DNA of 64,000 nucleotides from Candidatus Woesearchaeota archaeon. Its GTDB lineage: Archaea > Nanobdellota > Nanobdellia > Woesearchaeales > SKIA01. Position 1 is the stretch's first letter. Each line of letters begins with the position of its first letter. The notes under the pieces are model-generated. The model ran no database searches. It saw only the letters and a list, made by a program, of their open reading frames with translations, and had not been told where the DNA came from. A program made the translations under genes and the position numbers. The DNA lies in contig JBJKRI010000005.1 of assembly GCA_046704725.1 (NCBI GenBank), positions 64,001-128,000 of the forward strand, in the 5' to 3' direction. Shown here piece after piece: positions 53,283 to 63,669 of this stretch.

Positions 53283-56153
53283 ATGGCACGGGGGAAGCAC
53301 GAGAAGCACGCGCACAAGAAAGAAGCGCCAGAGTGGCAGCAGAAAGTCACGACGGTCGCCAAGAGCAAGTACGTGCTCATCGCCCTGCTGCTCGCCGTGA
53401 TGTTCTTCGCGGTCTACTTCCGCGCGTACCCGGCAAGCCTGCCCATCACCAAGACCTGGGCGCAAGGCACGCTGGAGAACCAGTACGTGCAGCAAGCGAC
53501 CACCCAGCTGCAGCAGCAATTCCCGCACCTGCCACCAGCGCAACTCCAGCAACGCGCGCAACAGCTCTACCAACAGCAAGTGGCACAGAATCCGCAACAG
53601 ATACAGCAACAGGTGGACACGCTCGCAGCGCAATTCAAGAGCAGGCTGCAGATGCCTGTGGTGACACCGTCAGGCAAGACGGTGCAACAGACCTACTTCC
53701 TCGCCATCGACCCGTACTACTGGCTGCGGCGCGTGCGCAACATCTACGCGCACGGCAACGTCTGCGACGCTACGATCAACGGGACATGCATGGACACGCA
53801 CATGCTCGCACCCAACGGCGTGCCCACGCAGAACGACTTCCACAGCTTCGTCGAAGCGGCCATCGGCAAGATCGGCTCGTTCTTCGGCTTCGCGCCCATC
53901 AGCGCGATGTTCTTCCTGCCGGCCATCTTCGCCGCGATAGCGGCGATACCGGCGTTCTTCATCATCGACAGGCGCTACGGCAGCTTCGCGGCCGCGGTCG
54001 GCGCATTGGTCATCGTCATCCATCCGGTCTTGTTAGGGAGAACCCCGGCCGGCTTCGTCGACACGGACATCTGGAACGCGCTATTCCCGCTCATGCTCGC
54101 ATGGCTGTTCCTCATCGGGCTCGACCGCAAGGACAAATGGGGATACGCCTACATGGCCGGAGCCGCAGTCTTCACCGGGCTCTACGCCAAGTTCTGGTCG
54201 GGCTGGTACTTCGCGTTCATCATCGTCTTGCTCACGCTCATCGGCTCGGCCGTCTACGCCGTGATACGCATGCTCATCGCGCAGAGGACCGAGCGCCTCT
54301 CGGCGGAGCACGCGAAAGCGGCGAAGGACTACGCGAAACGCAGCCTCATCCATCTCGGCGTGTTCATCGTGGTGACCGGCATCGTCGTGACGCTGCTCGC
54401 CGACTTCAAGACGTTCATCCAAGCGTTCTACGCACCGCTGCAGGCGTCCATAGGCATCCAGGCGCCCGTGAACCCAGACCTGTGGCCCAACGTATTGACG
54501 ACCGTCGCGGAGCTCAACACGGTGCCATTGGGGACCATCATCGGTGAGCTCGGCGGACGGCTCATCTTCATCCTCTCCGTGCTCGGGACGTTCACCTACG
54601 TGCTGCGCCTCAAGAGCCTCGGCTGGAAGCGCTGGGCCGCGGCGGTCGGCGTGATCGCGTACTACCTGCTGCTCACCACGACAACCGCGCTCAACATGAG
54701 CCTGTTCCTGTACTTCGTGCTCTTCATGCTCCCGCTCGTGCTCACCTACGCGTACAGCATCTTCAGCGAGGAGACCGTCACCATCCACTACGGGCTGCTC
54801 GTCATGGGTTGGTTCGCCGCGAGCATGTTCGCCACCACGCAAGGGACGCGTTTCCTGCTGCTCATCATCCCGTTCTTCGGCATCGCCATCGGCTTCGCCG
54901 TGGGCTGGCTGCTCAAGGTCCTGCCGCCCCTCGCGGAGAAGGAGATACAGATACCGCGCTTCTGGGGCGCGATCGTCACCATGGCGCTCGTGTTCGCCTT
55001 CATCTTCACGCCGGTGAGCGCGAACCTCATCGGCACGGCGCACAGCACCGGCATCAACGAGGTACCGAGCATGAACGACGCGTGGTGGACCGCCCTCAAG
55101 ACCATCGAGGCCGACTCGCAACCGAACGCCATAATCACGAGCTGGTGGGATTTCGGCCACTGGTTCAAGTACGTGGCGAACCGTTCGGTGACCTTCGACG
55201 GGGCGTCTCAGACAACGCACCAGGCACACTGGGTCGGTCTAATCCTGCAGACGAACAACGACACGAAAGCCGTGGGGATACTGCGCATGCTGGACTGCGG
55301 AGGCAACGACGCCTACGCGCGCGTGCTGGCGGTCGAGAAGGATCCGCTCAAGGCCTACAACGTGACTGACAGCCTCTTGGGGGTGAGCAAGCAGACCGCG
55401 GAGCAAAGACTGCTCGCGGACGGATTCACGCAGGCCCAGGCGCAAGGCGTGCTCGCCAAGACGCACTGCGACCCGCCCGAAGCATACCTCATCACCTCGT
55501 CGGACATGGTCGGCAAGGCAGCCGTGTGGGGCCACTTCGGTCTCTGGAACTTCGATAAGGCCTACGTCGCGAACGCCGCGGACAACGACAACCGTCAGAC
55601 GGCAATCGACAACATCTCGCACGAGCTCAACGTGAGCACAGCGGAAGCCACGCAGCTATACACGCAGGCCAAGACGCAGCCGACACGCGCGGCGCTCAAC
55701 GCCTGGGTATCGCCGTGGCCGTCGTTCGCCGGCGCCTCGACCTGCACGCCGCACAACGGCACGGAGAACTGCGGACTCGGACTGCAGGTCGGGACGCAAG
55801 CCGGGCAGAAGATCATCGCCAACCAGCTCATCGTCAATACCACGAGCCCGATGAACAGCAGTATCCTGCTCACCGCGAACGGGCAGTACGTCGGCGTGGT
55901 CAAGCCAGGTGTCTTGTACTACAACGGGACGCGGTACGACTTGGGTGGGCAATTGTCGCTCAGCGTGGACGTGGAGAACGATACAGTCATCATCGCGGAC
56001 GACTCGCTCGTGCACAGCATGTTCGCGCAGCTCTTCTACAGGCACGACAGCGGACCGTTCTTCCACGAAGTCACGACGCAGCGCCAGGTCACCGGAGGCT
56101 CCATCATCGTGTGGAAGGTCAACTGGGGCGCGTACATCAACGCGACCCGATAA
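53283..56153 (+). CDS. aglB: Oligosaccharyltransferase AglB (STT3 family)
   Basis: DPYY, GFVDTD, TVAE, SWWDFGHW and DMVGK motifs; many TM helices. Confidence 0.96.
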   Translation: MARGKHEKHAHKKEAPEWQQKVTTVAKSKYVLIALLLAVMFFAVYFRAYPASLPITKTWAQGTLENQYVQQATTQLQQQFPHLPPAQLQQRAQQLYQQQVAQNPQQIQQQVDTLAAQFKSRLQMPVVTPSGKTVQQTYFLAIDPYYWLRRVRNIYAHGNVCDATINGTCMDTHMLAPNGVPTQNDFHSFVEAAIGKIGSFFGFAPISAMFFLPAIFAAIAAIPAFFIIDRRYGSFAAAVGALVIVIHPVLLGRTPAGFVDTDIWNALFPLMLAWLFLIGLDRKDKWGYAYMAGAAVFTGLYAKFWSGWYFAFIIVLLTLIGSAVYAVIRMLIAQRTERLSAEHAKAAKDYAKRSLIHLGVFIVVTGIVVTLLADFKTFIQAFYAPLQASIGIQAPVNPDLWPNVLTTVAELNTVPLGTIIGELGGRLIFILSVLGTFTYVLRLKSLGWKRWAAAVGVIAYYLLLTTTTALNMSLFLYFVLFMLPLVLTYAYSIFSEETVTIHYGLLVMGWFAASMFATTQGTRFLLLIIPFFGIAIGFAVGWLLKVLPPLAEKEIQIPRFWGAIVTMALVFAFIFTPVSANLIGTAHSTGINEVPSMNDAWWTALKTIEADSQPNAIITSWWDFGHWFKYVANRSVTFDGASQTTHQAHWVGLILQTNNDTKAVGILRMLDCGGNDAYARVLAVEKDPLKAYNVTDSLLGVSKQTAEQRLLADGFTQAQAQGVLAKTHCDPPEAYLITSSDMVGKAAVWGHFGLWNFDKAYVANAADNDNRQTAIDNISHELNVSTAEATQLYTQAKTQPTRAALNAWVSPWPSFAGASTCTPHNGTENCGLGLQVGTQAGQKIIANQLIVNTTSPMNSSILLTANGQYVGVVKPGVLYYNGTRYDLGGQLSLSVDVENDTVIIADDSLVHSMFAQLFYRHDSGPFFHEVTTQRQVTGGSIIVWKVNWGAYINATR

Positions 56154-56183
56154 GCACTTAAGCGCGCATACCACGACAGACGC

Positions 56184-57290
56184 ATGCGACTATTGATATT
56201 CGCCGCGCACTTCCACCCGAAGATCGGTGGCGTGGAGAACTACGTGCTCGAACTCTCGAGACGGCTCGGAGGGATGGGCATTGATTGCATGATCGTCACC
56301 TTCAATACCATGGACGCTCCCGCGGAAGAACGCGTGGAGGGCGTGCGCGTCGTACGCTTGCCCTGCATATCCGTGCTCGGCGGCGAGCAGGCCATACCGC
56401 TGCCCGGCGCGTGGAAGGCCCTCCGGGCGTTGGGTCAGGAACGCTGGGACGCGGTGAACACGCACACACGGTTCTACCTCACGGCGTGGCTGGGAGCGCG
56501 CTTCGCGCAGAAGCACGGCCTGCCGCTCATCCACACGGAGCACGGGAACAGGCACGTCACGCACCCGAACCCCATCGTGACCGCATGCGCATGGCTCTAC
56601 GACATGACTCTCGGCCGCCTGCCGCTGCGGGCGGCGGACAAGGTGGTGTGCATCAGCAAGGCAGGCATACCGTTCGCCGAGCGTATGGGCGCCTCTAAGG
56701 AGGATATCGTCTACCTGCCGAACGCCATCGATATGAAGGCCGTCAAACGCACGGCATCATCCCTGCGTGCACGCTTGGGGATACCGAAGAAGCGGCGCAT
56801 CATCACGTACGTCGGACGGCTCATCCATGCGAAGGGGGTGCAGGACCTGTTCCAGGCCGTCGCTCCGCTGCGAGATATCGATGTGGTCATCGTCGGGGAC
56901 GGACCGTACCGCGCTGCGCTGGAGCGCTCTGCGCGCTCGTTCGGCGTGCGAGCGCACTTCCTCGGACAATTGCAGGTCAAGGGAGTATACTCGGCGCTTA
57001 GCGGGAGCGACCTGTTCGTCAATCCATCCTACTCCGAGGGACTGCCCACGAGCGTGCTCGAGGCGGCCGCGCTCGGCGTTCCCGCGATCGCCACGGACGT
57101 CGGGGGCACGCGCGAGATCCTGCCGGAGGACTGCCTGTTCGCGCCTCGGGATGTGGAGGCACTGCGTTCTCTCATCGGACGAGAGCCGGACGAGAAGCGG
57201 ACCGCGCAAGTGCAGAGACGCGTCCGCAGGACATTCGGCCTCGACACGGTCGCCCGGCGGTTCGCTGCACTGCTGAATACGCTGGTCTAG
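56184..57290 (+). CDS. Glycosyltransferase family 4
   Basis: GGVE, YVGRL..KG, PSYSEGLPTSVLEA. Confidence 0.94.
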   Translation: MRLLIFAAHFHPKIGGVENYVLELSRRLGGMGIDCMIVTFNTMDAPAEERVEGVRVVRLPCISVLGGEQAIPLPGAWKALRALGQERWDAVNTHTRFYLTAWLGARFAQKHGLPLIHTEHGNRHVTHPNPIVTACAWLYDMTLGRLPLRAADKVVCISKAGIPFAERMGASKEDIVYLPNAIDMKAVKRTASSLRARLGIPKKRRIITYVGRLIHAKGVQDLFQAVAPLRDIDVVIVGDGPYRAALERSARSFGVRAHFLGQLQVKGVYSALSGSDLFVNPSYSEGLPTSVLEAAALGVPAIATDVGGTREILPEDCLFAPRDVEALRSLIGREPDEKRTAQVQRRVRRTFGLDTVARRFAALLNTLV

Positions 57291-58153
57291 TCCTTTTCCG
57301 CTGCCAGGTCGATGACAGGATATAGACCGGTTCCCATGAGGATTCCGTACACGATCCTCCCGAGACCGACGGCCCGGAGCGCGCCAGCGACCCGCGAGAA
57401 GGCTGGGTGCGTCTTCGCCGCTTTCCCCGGACGTCCGGAGACGAGGAGGGAGCGGAGCGCCTCCGCGGAGAAGTCGCGCGTGATACGGAAGCCGTTGTCG
57501 GCGAGCAAGCGCCGGACCAGCCGCGGCGTGGTGTAGTTGATGCTGTCGATGAACGCGGGGTCGCGACCAGTGAGGCGGGCGATCACCTTGAACATCCAAC
57601 GTGGCATGTAGGGCAGCATGTACAGGTGATAATGCCCCTCATAGATCCAGAGGTAGTTCGGGCACATGAGGTAGAGCTTCCCCTTCTTGCGGAGCACGCG
57701 GGCGCTTTCCGCCATCGTCTTCTCGACATCCTGCACGTGCTCGAGGACCGTCTCGGAGGTGATGACATCCACTGATGCGTCATCCAGCGGAAGACGCTCT
57801 GCTCCGGCGAGGTAGAAACGGACGTTCTTCACACCGAAATACTCTTGCTTGAGCAAGCTCATCTCGTGTTCTTGCTTCTGGGGCTCCACGCCATGCACGA
57901 AGGAGGCGTGCTCGGCCATTGCCAAGGCCTTCTGCCCGGTGCCGCTGCCGAGGTCGAGCACGCGCTTGCCTTTCAGCCTGACCTTGCGCTCGATGGAACG
58001 GACGTGCGCGCGGCTCTCCTCGAGCTCCTGCTCGACGTTTATCGGTTCGCGGCCAGTGGACGCATAGCGGTCCTTGCGAAGTTTCGCCTGCAGCTCCTCG
58101 ATTCGTCGATCAACGCTCTTTCGTGACGAAGTCGACCGCGGCCGTGAACCCAT
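57287..58153 (-). CDS. Class I SAM-dependent methyltransferase (start uncertain)
   Basis: VLDLGSGTG, AERLPL, VLEHV, PNY..YEGHY. Confidence 0.9.
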   Translation of the reverse strand: MGSRPRSTSSRKSVDRRIEELQAKLRKDRYASTGREPINVEQELEESRAHVRSIERKVRLKGKRVLDLGSGTGQKALAMAEHASFVHGVEPQKQEHEMSLLKQEYFGVKNVRFYLAGAERLPLDDASVDVITSETVLEHVQDVEKTMAESARVLRKKGKLYLMCPNYLWIYEGHYHLYMLPYMPRWMFKVIARLTGRDPAFIDSINYTTPRLVRRLLADNGFRITRDFSAEALRSLLVSGRPGKAAKTHPAFSRVAGALRAVGLGRIVYGILMGTGLYPVIDLAAEKD

Positions 58154-59228
58154 TCGCCTGACGGAGGTATGAATGCTTCTTAAGGCTATGTTCACTTGTC
58201 ATTCGTACTATTTTTTTATCGAGTCCCAAGGCGTGCTTGATGGCTTCGGCCAAGGCTGTCGGGTCTTGTTGGGGGACCAGGAAACCGTTCTTGCCGTTGA
58301 CGATGAGGTCGAAGGCGGCGGCGACAGCGGTCGTGGAGACGACGGGGATGTGGCGCCCGAGCGCCTCGTTGATGGACAACCCCCACGCCTCGCTGCTCAC
58401 CACATCCTGCTTGCGGAAGACCGAGGGAAGCACATAGACGTCGCACGCGTCGTAATACGCACAGACGTTCTCGTGCGGGACCGCGCCGACCCACTCGACG
58501 TCCAGACCAAGCGTCTTGGCGAGCGCCTTGCACTCCTCCTCGAACGGTCCGGTGCCCGCGACGACGAGACGATACTTCTCTGGGTCGAGGTTCATCATCG
58601 CGTGGAGCAGCACGTCGAGCCCCTTGTAGCGCACGATGCGCGCGAGGTAGAGCACCATCCTTTTCCCCTTGGCCTTCTGGCGGATCGCCTGCATGTCTTT
58701 CCTCTCGGGGTCGGGCAAACGCTCGGCCGCGTTCGGCGCGATGAAGACCTTGTCAGGGGAGGCGCCCAGGGAGATGAAGAACTCGCGCGCCTTGGAGCCA
58801 GCGGCGATGCACGCGTCGCAGTTGCGCATGATGCGGCGCACATAGGGCAGGATGAATCGTGCCGCCCGCGTCTCGGGCCACTCCCAGTTCTCCCCCCACA
58901 CGATGAACGGGCGCTTGCGGATGCGCGTTGCCGCGTACAGGGCGTGCGTCGGGAACGAGCTCAGGTCGCTGGTGATGATGACGTCCGAGTCCCAGACCTT
59001 CCAGAGCACGCTCGGAGCGAGGTAGGAATAGCCGAGGTTTCGGATGGGCGTGAGGATCTCGTAGCGCCACTTCCTCGATTCCTCCTGCCACTCCTTGCGG
59101 AACTTCCCTGACTGCTTCTTGCCGACGTAGAAGAGGAAGCGGATGTCCAGCCTCTCGCTGAGGAGTGTGAACAGGCGGTTGCGGTACGCCCGCGGACCGC
59201 CATGCACGAACACGACGCGCGGCCTCAT
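58110..59228 (-). CDS. Glycosyltransferase family 4
   Basis: Start MRPRVVFVH; YLARIVRYKG, EAWGLSINEA. Confidence 0.93.
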   Translation of the reverse strand: MRPRVVFVHGGPRAYRNRLFTLLSERLDIRFLFYVGKKQSGKFRKEWQEESRKWRYEILTPIRNLGYSYLAPSVLWKVWDSDVIITSDLSSFPTHALYAATRIRKRPFIVWGENWEWPETRAARFILPYVRRIMRNCDACIAAGSKAREFFISLGASPDKVFIAPNAAERLPDPERKDMQAIRQKAKGKRMVLYLARIVRYKGLDVLLHAMMNLDPEKYRLVVAGTGPFEEECKALAKTLGLDVEWVGAVPHENVCAYYDACDVYVLPSVFRKQDVVSSEAWGLSINEALGRHIPVVSTTAVAAAFDLIVNGKNGFLVPQQDPTALAEAIKHALGLDKKIVRMTSEHSLKKHSYLRQANGFTAAVDFVTKER

Positions 59229-60328
59229 CGACGCACCTTCTCGAACAAGGCGATGTACTGCTCCGCGATCGCGTCCCAATCGTAGTGCGCGACGGCGTGC
59301 TTTCGCATCGCTGCCCTCGCTTTCCTGGAAGATGTGCGCGTACACTTCTCGGCGATCGCTTGCGCGGTCTTCTCCGTGTCGGAGAAATCGAGCACCAATC
59401 CGGCAGGAGCCTCCTTCACCAGGTGGGAGAGGTTCGGGATGTCGTTGAGCACGCACGGGAGTCCCGCGCTCATCGCCTCGAGGATCGTGGTGGGTTGTCC
59501 CTCGTAGATGCTGCTCATGATATAGTAGTGCGCGGCCGCGTACAATCCCGGCAGCGTGTCGTGCGGGACCCTTCCGAGGAAGTGGATGAACGGAGCGCCT
59601 TTCGCGTCCTCCTTCGCCTGGGCGAGGAGGGAGCCATCGCCAGCGCACACGAGATGGATATCATCGCGCAGCTCGTGCGCGCGACGCACGACCTTGATGA
59701 GGGCGGGGATGTCTTTTTGGTATTCGAAGCGGCCGACGTAGAGCAGGACCGTGGTGTCCTTGGGCGTCGGCAGCGACGCGTGCTTGACGGTCGGCGAGAA
59801 CATCTTCGTGTCCACGCCGTTGGGGACGTAGAACGAACGGCGCTTGGGGATGCCCAGGCGCGTGAGCTCTTTTCGCACCTCCGGGCTGACCGTTGTGGAG
59901 AGGAAACGGTTCTTCCTGTAGCACTTGCGCTCGAGTAGGCGCATGAGCCAGTAGTACGCCTTGTGATACGCAGGGATTGGCGAATGCCTGTAGAGCGAGA
60001 AGTAGCGGTCGTAGGTGGTGTGCACGGTGGACACTGCGTTGGGGAGATCGATGCGTCGCAGGAACAACGGGTTGTGCAGCCAGACCGCATCGTACTCGGC
60101 CGCGTGCTCCTTGAGGTACGCTCTCACCGTCCCCCAGAAACGGAGCAGTCCGAGCCCCGCCCAGCGATTGATCGTCGCCTCGTCGCCGAGGCGGATGTCA
60201 GGCCCTGTGGGCGAGAGGACGACGCACTCCACGCCTTTCTTGCGCAACGCCTCCACGACGAAATGCGCGACCGTCGCGATGCCGGAGCCGTGCGGATAAT
60301 ACTCTTGTGCGCAGACGAGGACTCGCAT
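59225..60328 (-). CDS. Glycosyltransferase family 4
   Basis: YVGRFEYQK, SIYEGQPTTILEAMSAG, YDW. Confidence 0.94.
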   Translation of the reverse strand: MRVLVCAQEYYPHGSGIATVAHFVVEALRKKGVECVVLSPTGPDIRLGDEATINRWAGLGLLRFWGTVRAYLKEHAAEYDAVWLHNPLFLRRIDLPNAVSTVHTTYDRYFSLYRHSPIPAYHKAYYWLMRLLERKCYRKNRFLSTTVSPEVRKELTRLGIPKRRSFYVPNGVDTKMFSPTVKHASLPTPKDTTVLLYVGRFEYQKDIPALIKVVRRAHELRDDIHLVCAGDGSLLAQAKEDAKGAPFIHFLGRVPHDTLPGLYAAAHYYIMSSIYEGQPTTILEAMSAGLPCVLNDIPNLSHLVKEAPAGLVLDFSDTEKTAQAIAEKCTRTSSRKARAAMRKHAVAHYDWDAIAEQYIALFEKVRR

Positions 60329-60353
60329 GTGTCGGGCATGCGCGAAGCGCTTT

Positions 60354-61832
60354 TTATCTATTCTGGTTCAGGAGCGCCTCGCGGAGCAAGCGCAGTTCCG
60401 GCCGACCGACGATACGGGCGTACCAGAGATACGCGACGTAGAGGATGCCCGCGATGACGACGCTGACTGCAGCGGCCCACAGGGCGCTCGGCAACACGTC
60501 CTTGAGGATGGCGACCGCGCCCACGAAGACGACGATGCCTCCCAAGGACTTGAGGACGTCCTTGCGCGAGAAGACCGCTCCCCCGATGACGTACCGGCAC
60601 CAGGCCCAGATGACGATGAAGGCGGCGAGCGCTGCGATCGCGGCCCCGGCGATGCCGAGCGTCGGGATGAGGATGAGGTCGAGCACGAGATTGATGCCGA
60701 TGCCAACGAGCATGATGTAGGTGCGTTGGCGCGGCTTCCCCAGGCCGGCGATGATGGAGAAATAGACCTCTCCGAGGGCGCGGAAGAAGAAGGCGGCCGC
60801 GAGGACGCGCAACGCGAGCGCGGCGCCGAGATAAGCGTTGCCGAAGAACAATACGAGGAGGCTCTGGGGGTAGAGCGCGAGGATGAGCGCCGCCGGAAGC
60901 AGGAGGAGCATGGAGAACTTGCCGAGCAATCCCATGCTCTGGCGCACGAAGCTGTCGTCCTTCTGGTGCGTGAAGTGCGCGGTCATGGGCATCATCACGA
61001 GCTTGAGGGGCGTGGTGAAGAACAGCAGGAGGCTGGCGAGGGGGATGGCAGCGTTATAGAGCCCGCTGTCGGTCGCTCCGCGCAACGCGTTGACGAGCAG
61101 CACGTCGAGGCTCGCGATGGTCGCGAGGCCGAGCGTGCTCAAGAGGATCTCTCTCGCGTACTTTCCGAGCTGCTTGTTCGCGGCAGGATCCCATCTCCAG
61201 GATCCCTGCAGGACTGCGCGGTGCGAGCGCAGGAAGAACGCCCAGTACGCGAGGTCGGCGATAGGGGAGAGCGCCCAGGCCAAGCCGATGCCCAGGACGC
61301 CCCAATGGAACGCGTACAAGAAGACGGCGGAGAGCACGAGGATGGTGCCCGTACGGACGGTGTCCGAGCTGCCGTAGGCGAGCGTCTCCTGATAGCCCTG
61401 GAACAGGGTGGTCATGACCTCGCGGAAACTGCTCCCGAGGAAGTAGAACGCGATGAGGATGACAAGATCCGCCGCGAGCGTGCTATGGAATATGACTGAC
61501 GCGAGCGTGCCGCGCAGGATGACCGCGAGCGCGGCGATGACGAGCGACGTGCAGAACACGACGGCCGACACGAGCAAGAGGATGCTGCGCACCTTCTTGG
61601 GGTGCTTCTCCACATATCCCGGCAAGAAGAACACTGCAGCGTTGGTGACGCCGAAGTTCTTGAACGGCATGATGATCGTGAACAATGCGATGACCGCGTA
61701 GAGGACGCCGTACTCCGCGACAGGGATGGTGTGCGTGTAGAGCACGCGCGTGAGGAAAGCGATGAGGACCCCGAGCAGCGAGAAGCCGAAGACGAAGAGG
61801 GTCTCGCGCAAGAATCGGCGTTTCACGTCCAT
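60354..61832 (-). CDS. Oligosaccharide flippase (Wzx/MATE-like)
   Basis: About 14 TM helices, EYG.Y, SGLYNAA, NLVLDLILIP.LGI.GAAIA. Confidence 0.92.
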   Translation of the reverse strand: MDVKRRFLRETLFVFGFSLLGVLIAFLTRVLYTHTIPVAEYGVLYAVIALFTIIMPFKNFGVTNAAVFFLPGYVEKHPKKVRSILLLVSAVVFCTSLVIAALAVILRGTLASVIFHSTLAADLVILIAFYFLGSSFREVMTTLFQGYQETLAYGSSDTVRTGTILVLSAVFLYAFHWGVLGIGLAWALSPIADLAYWAFFLRSHRAVLQGSWRWDPAANKQLGKYAREILLSTLGLATIASLDVLLVNALRGATDSGLYNAAIPLASLLLFFTTPLKLVMMPMTAHFTHQKDDSFVRQSMGLLGKFSMLLLLPAALILALYPQSLLVLFFGNAYLGAALALRVLAAAFFFRALGEVYFSIIAGLGKPRQRTYIMLVGIGINLVLDLILIPTLGIAGAAIAALAAFIVIWAWCRYVIGGAVFSRKDVLKSLGGIVVFVGAVAILKDVLPSALWAAAVSVVIAGILYVAYLWYARIVGRPELRLLREALLNQNR

Positions 61833-61884
61833 GGAACGCCTGAGGGCGTGATACCTTTAAATACGCTTCCTGCCGCCCCCGCCC

Positions 61885-63642
61885 ATGCGCATCCTCGGAC
61901 TCATCATCGGCCACGACGGCAGCGCCGCCCTCATCAAGGACGGGAAGGTCGTCGCCGCGATGCACGAGGAACGGCTCAGCCGCATCAAGAAGGACATCAG
62001 CTTCCCGCGGGAAGCCATCAAGGAATGCCTACGCATCGGCAAGCTCAAGCCCGAGGACATCGACGCGGTGGCGGTCGCGGGAGCGCGCGACACCGCGTCC
62101 CGTGCACAGCTCGAATTCATCTACCACCGCAAGCGGATAGGAAAGGTGCGCGGGGTGGCGAGCAGGACCGCGCTCAAGCTCGGCGCGCCGTCGGCGGCGG
62201 ACCAGTACCTGCGCGCAGCGCTCTCCGAGCTCGGCATCGACGCGCCCATCAGACGATACAACCATCACCGCTGCCACGCGGCCTCCGGCTACTACACCGC
62301 CGGCCTCAAGGACCCGCTCGTCATCACGCTCGACGGGGCGGGGGACACGTACGCGGGAACAGTGAGCATCATCAACAACGGGAAGCTCAGCCAGCTCCAC
62401 ACCGTGGCCATCACGGACAGCCCGGGCATGTTCTACTCGGGAGTCACCAAGCACCTCGGTCTTCGGCCGCTGCGCCACGAGGGGAAGGTCACCGGGCTCG
62501 CCGCGTACGGGAACCCCGACACCTACCACGAAGCGCTCAAACGCATCCTCTGGTACGAGCACGGCGGGAGGGACCTCGTCTCGAAGGAGTTCCGGGAGAT
62601 CGAGCGCCGCATCCCCAAAGCCGTGATGGACTTCGCGTTCGACCTCGCCCGCGGACAGGACACGCAGCTCTCCTACCGCGCGAACGCCATGCGGAGGGTC
62701 TTCGAACGCATCCTGCCGGAAGTGCGCTCCGTGAAACAGGACCGGAAGATAGCCGAGGACATCGCGGCCGCAGCGCAGCGCATCCTCGAGCAAGCGGTCG
62801 TGGCCTTCGCAGAGTACTGGCTCAAGGAGACCGGAAAACGCGAGATCATCCTCGCCGGAGGCATCTTCGGCAACGTCAAGCTCAACCAGCGCATCCACGA
62901 ACTGCCGCAGGTCGACCATATCGTCGTGCACCCAGCGATGGGCGACGAGGGGCTCGGCGTGGGAGCCGCGCTGCTCGACCACGCGCTCCAGACGGGGTCG
63001 AAGCCCTACCGCATCAACGACGTCTACTTCGGGCCGTCATACACGGACGAGGAGATGCTCGCGGCCGCCAAGCGCCACGGCGTGAAGCTCACGCGCATGA
63101 GAAGCCCTGCCAAGGAGATCGCGTCGCTGCTCGCCGACGGGAAGGTCATCGGGCACTTCAACGGACGCATGGAGTACGGACCGCGCGCCCTGGGCAACCG
63201 CACGATCCTCGCATTGCCGACTGACGCGTCCATCAACGACTGGCTCAACAAGCGCCTGCGCCGCACCGAATACATGCCCTTCGCGCCGATCATCCTCGAG
63301 GACGCCCTGCCCAAGTGCTACGCGGGAACGCCGGGAGCGAAGTTCACGGCGCAGTTCATGACCATCACCTTCGACGTCAAGCCGCCATGGCCAAAGAAAG
63401 CGCCCGCGGTATCGCACATCGACAACACCGCGCGCCCGCAGGCCGTCACCAAGAAGACGAACGCCCGGGCGCACGCCATCCTCACCGAGCTCAAGAAGAA
63501 GACCGGACTGCCGCTGTGCATCAACACGAGCTTCAACATGCACGAGGAGCCCATCGTGTGCAGCCCGGACGACGCGCTGCGCGCCTTCAAGGCGGGGAGC
63601 GTGGACGTGCTCGTCCTCGGGTCCTACCGCACGCAAACATAG
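61885..63642 (+). CDS. Carbamoyltransferase (NodU/CmcH family)
   Basis: HDGSAA..EERLSRIK, HH.CHAAS, DGAGD, EGKVTGLAAYG, GRMEYGPRALGNRTIL, RPQ, NTSFN. Confidence 0.95.
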   Translation: MRILGLIIGHDGSAALIKDGKVVAAMHEERLSRIKKDISFPREAIKECLRIGKLKPEDIDAVAVAGARDTASRAQLEFIYHRKRIGKVRGVASRTALKLGAPSAADQYLRAALSELGIDAPIRRYNHHRCHAASGYYTAGLKDPLVITLDGAGDTYAGTVSIINNGKLSQLHTVAITDSPGMFYSGVTKHLGLRPLRHEGKVTGLAAYGNPDTYHEALKRILWYEHGGRDLVSKEFREIERRIPKAVMDFAFDLARGQDTQLSYRANAMRRVFERILPEVRSVKQDRKIAEDIAAAAQRILEQAVVAFAEYWLKETGKREIILAGGIFGNVKLNQRIHELPQVDHIVVHPAMGDEGLGVGAALLDHALQTGSKPYRINDVYFGPSYTDEEMLAAAKRHGVKLTRMRSPAKEIASLLADGKVIGHFNGRMEYGPRALGNRTILALPTDASINDWLNKRLRRTEYMPFAPIILEDALPKCYAGTPGAKFTAQFMTITFDVKPPWPKKAPAVSHIDNTARPQAVTKKTNARAHAILTELKKKTGLPLCINTSFNMHEEPIVCSPDDALRAFKAGSVDVLVLGSYRTQT

Positions 63643-63669
63643 ATAAACAGCGCCCGGATGAAGCGGTAG

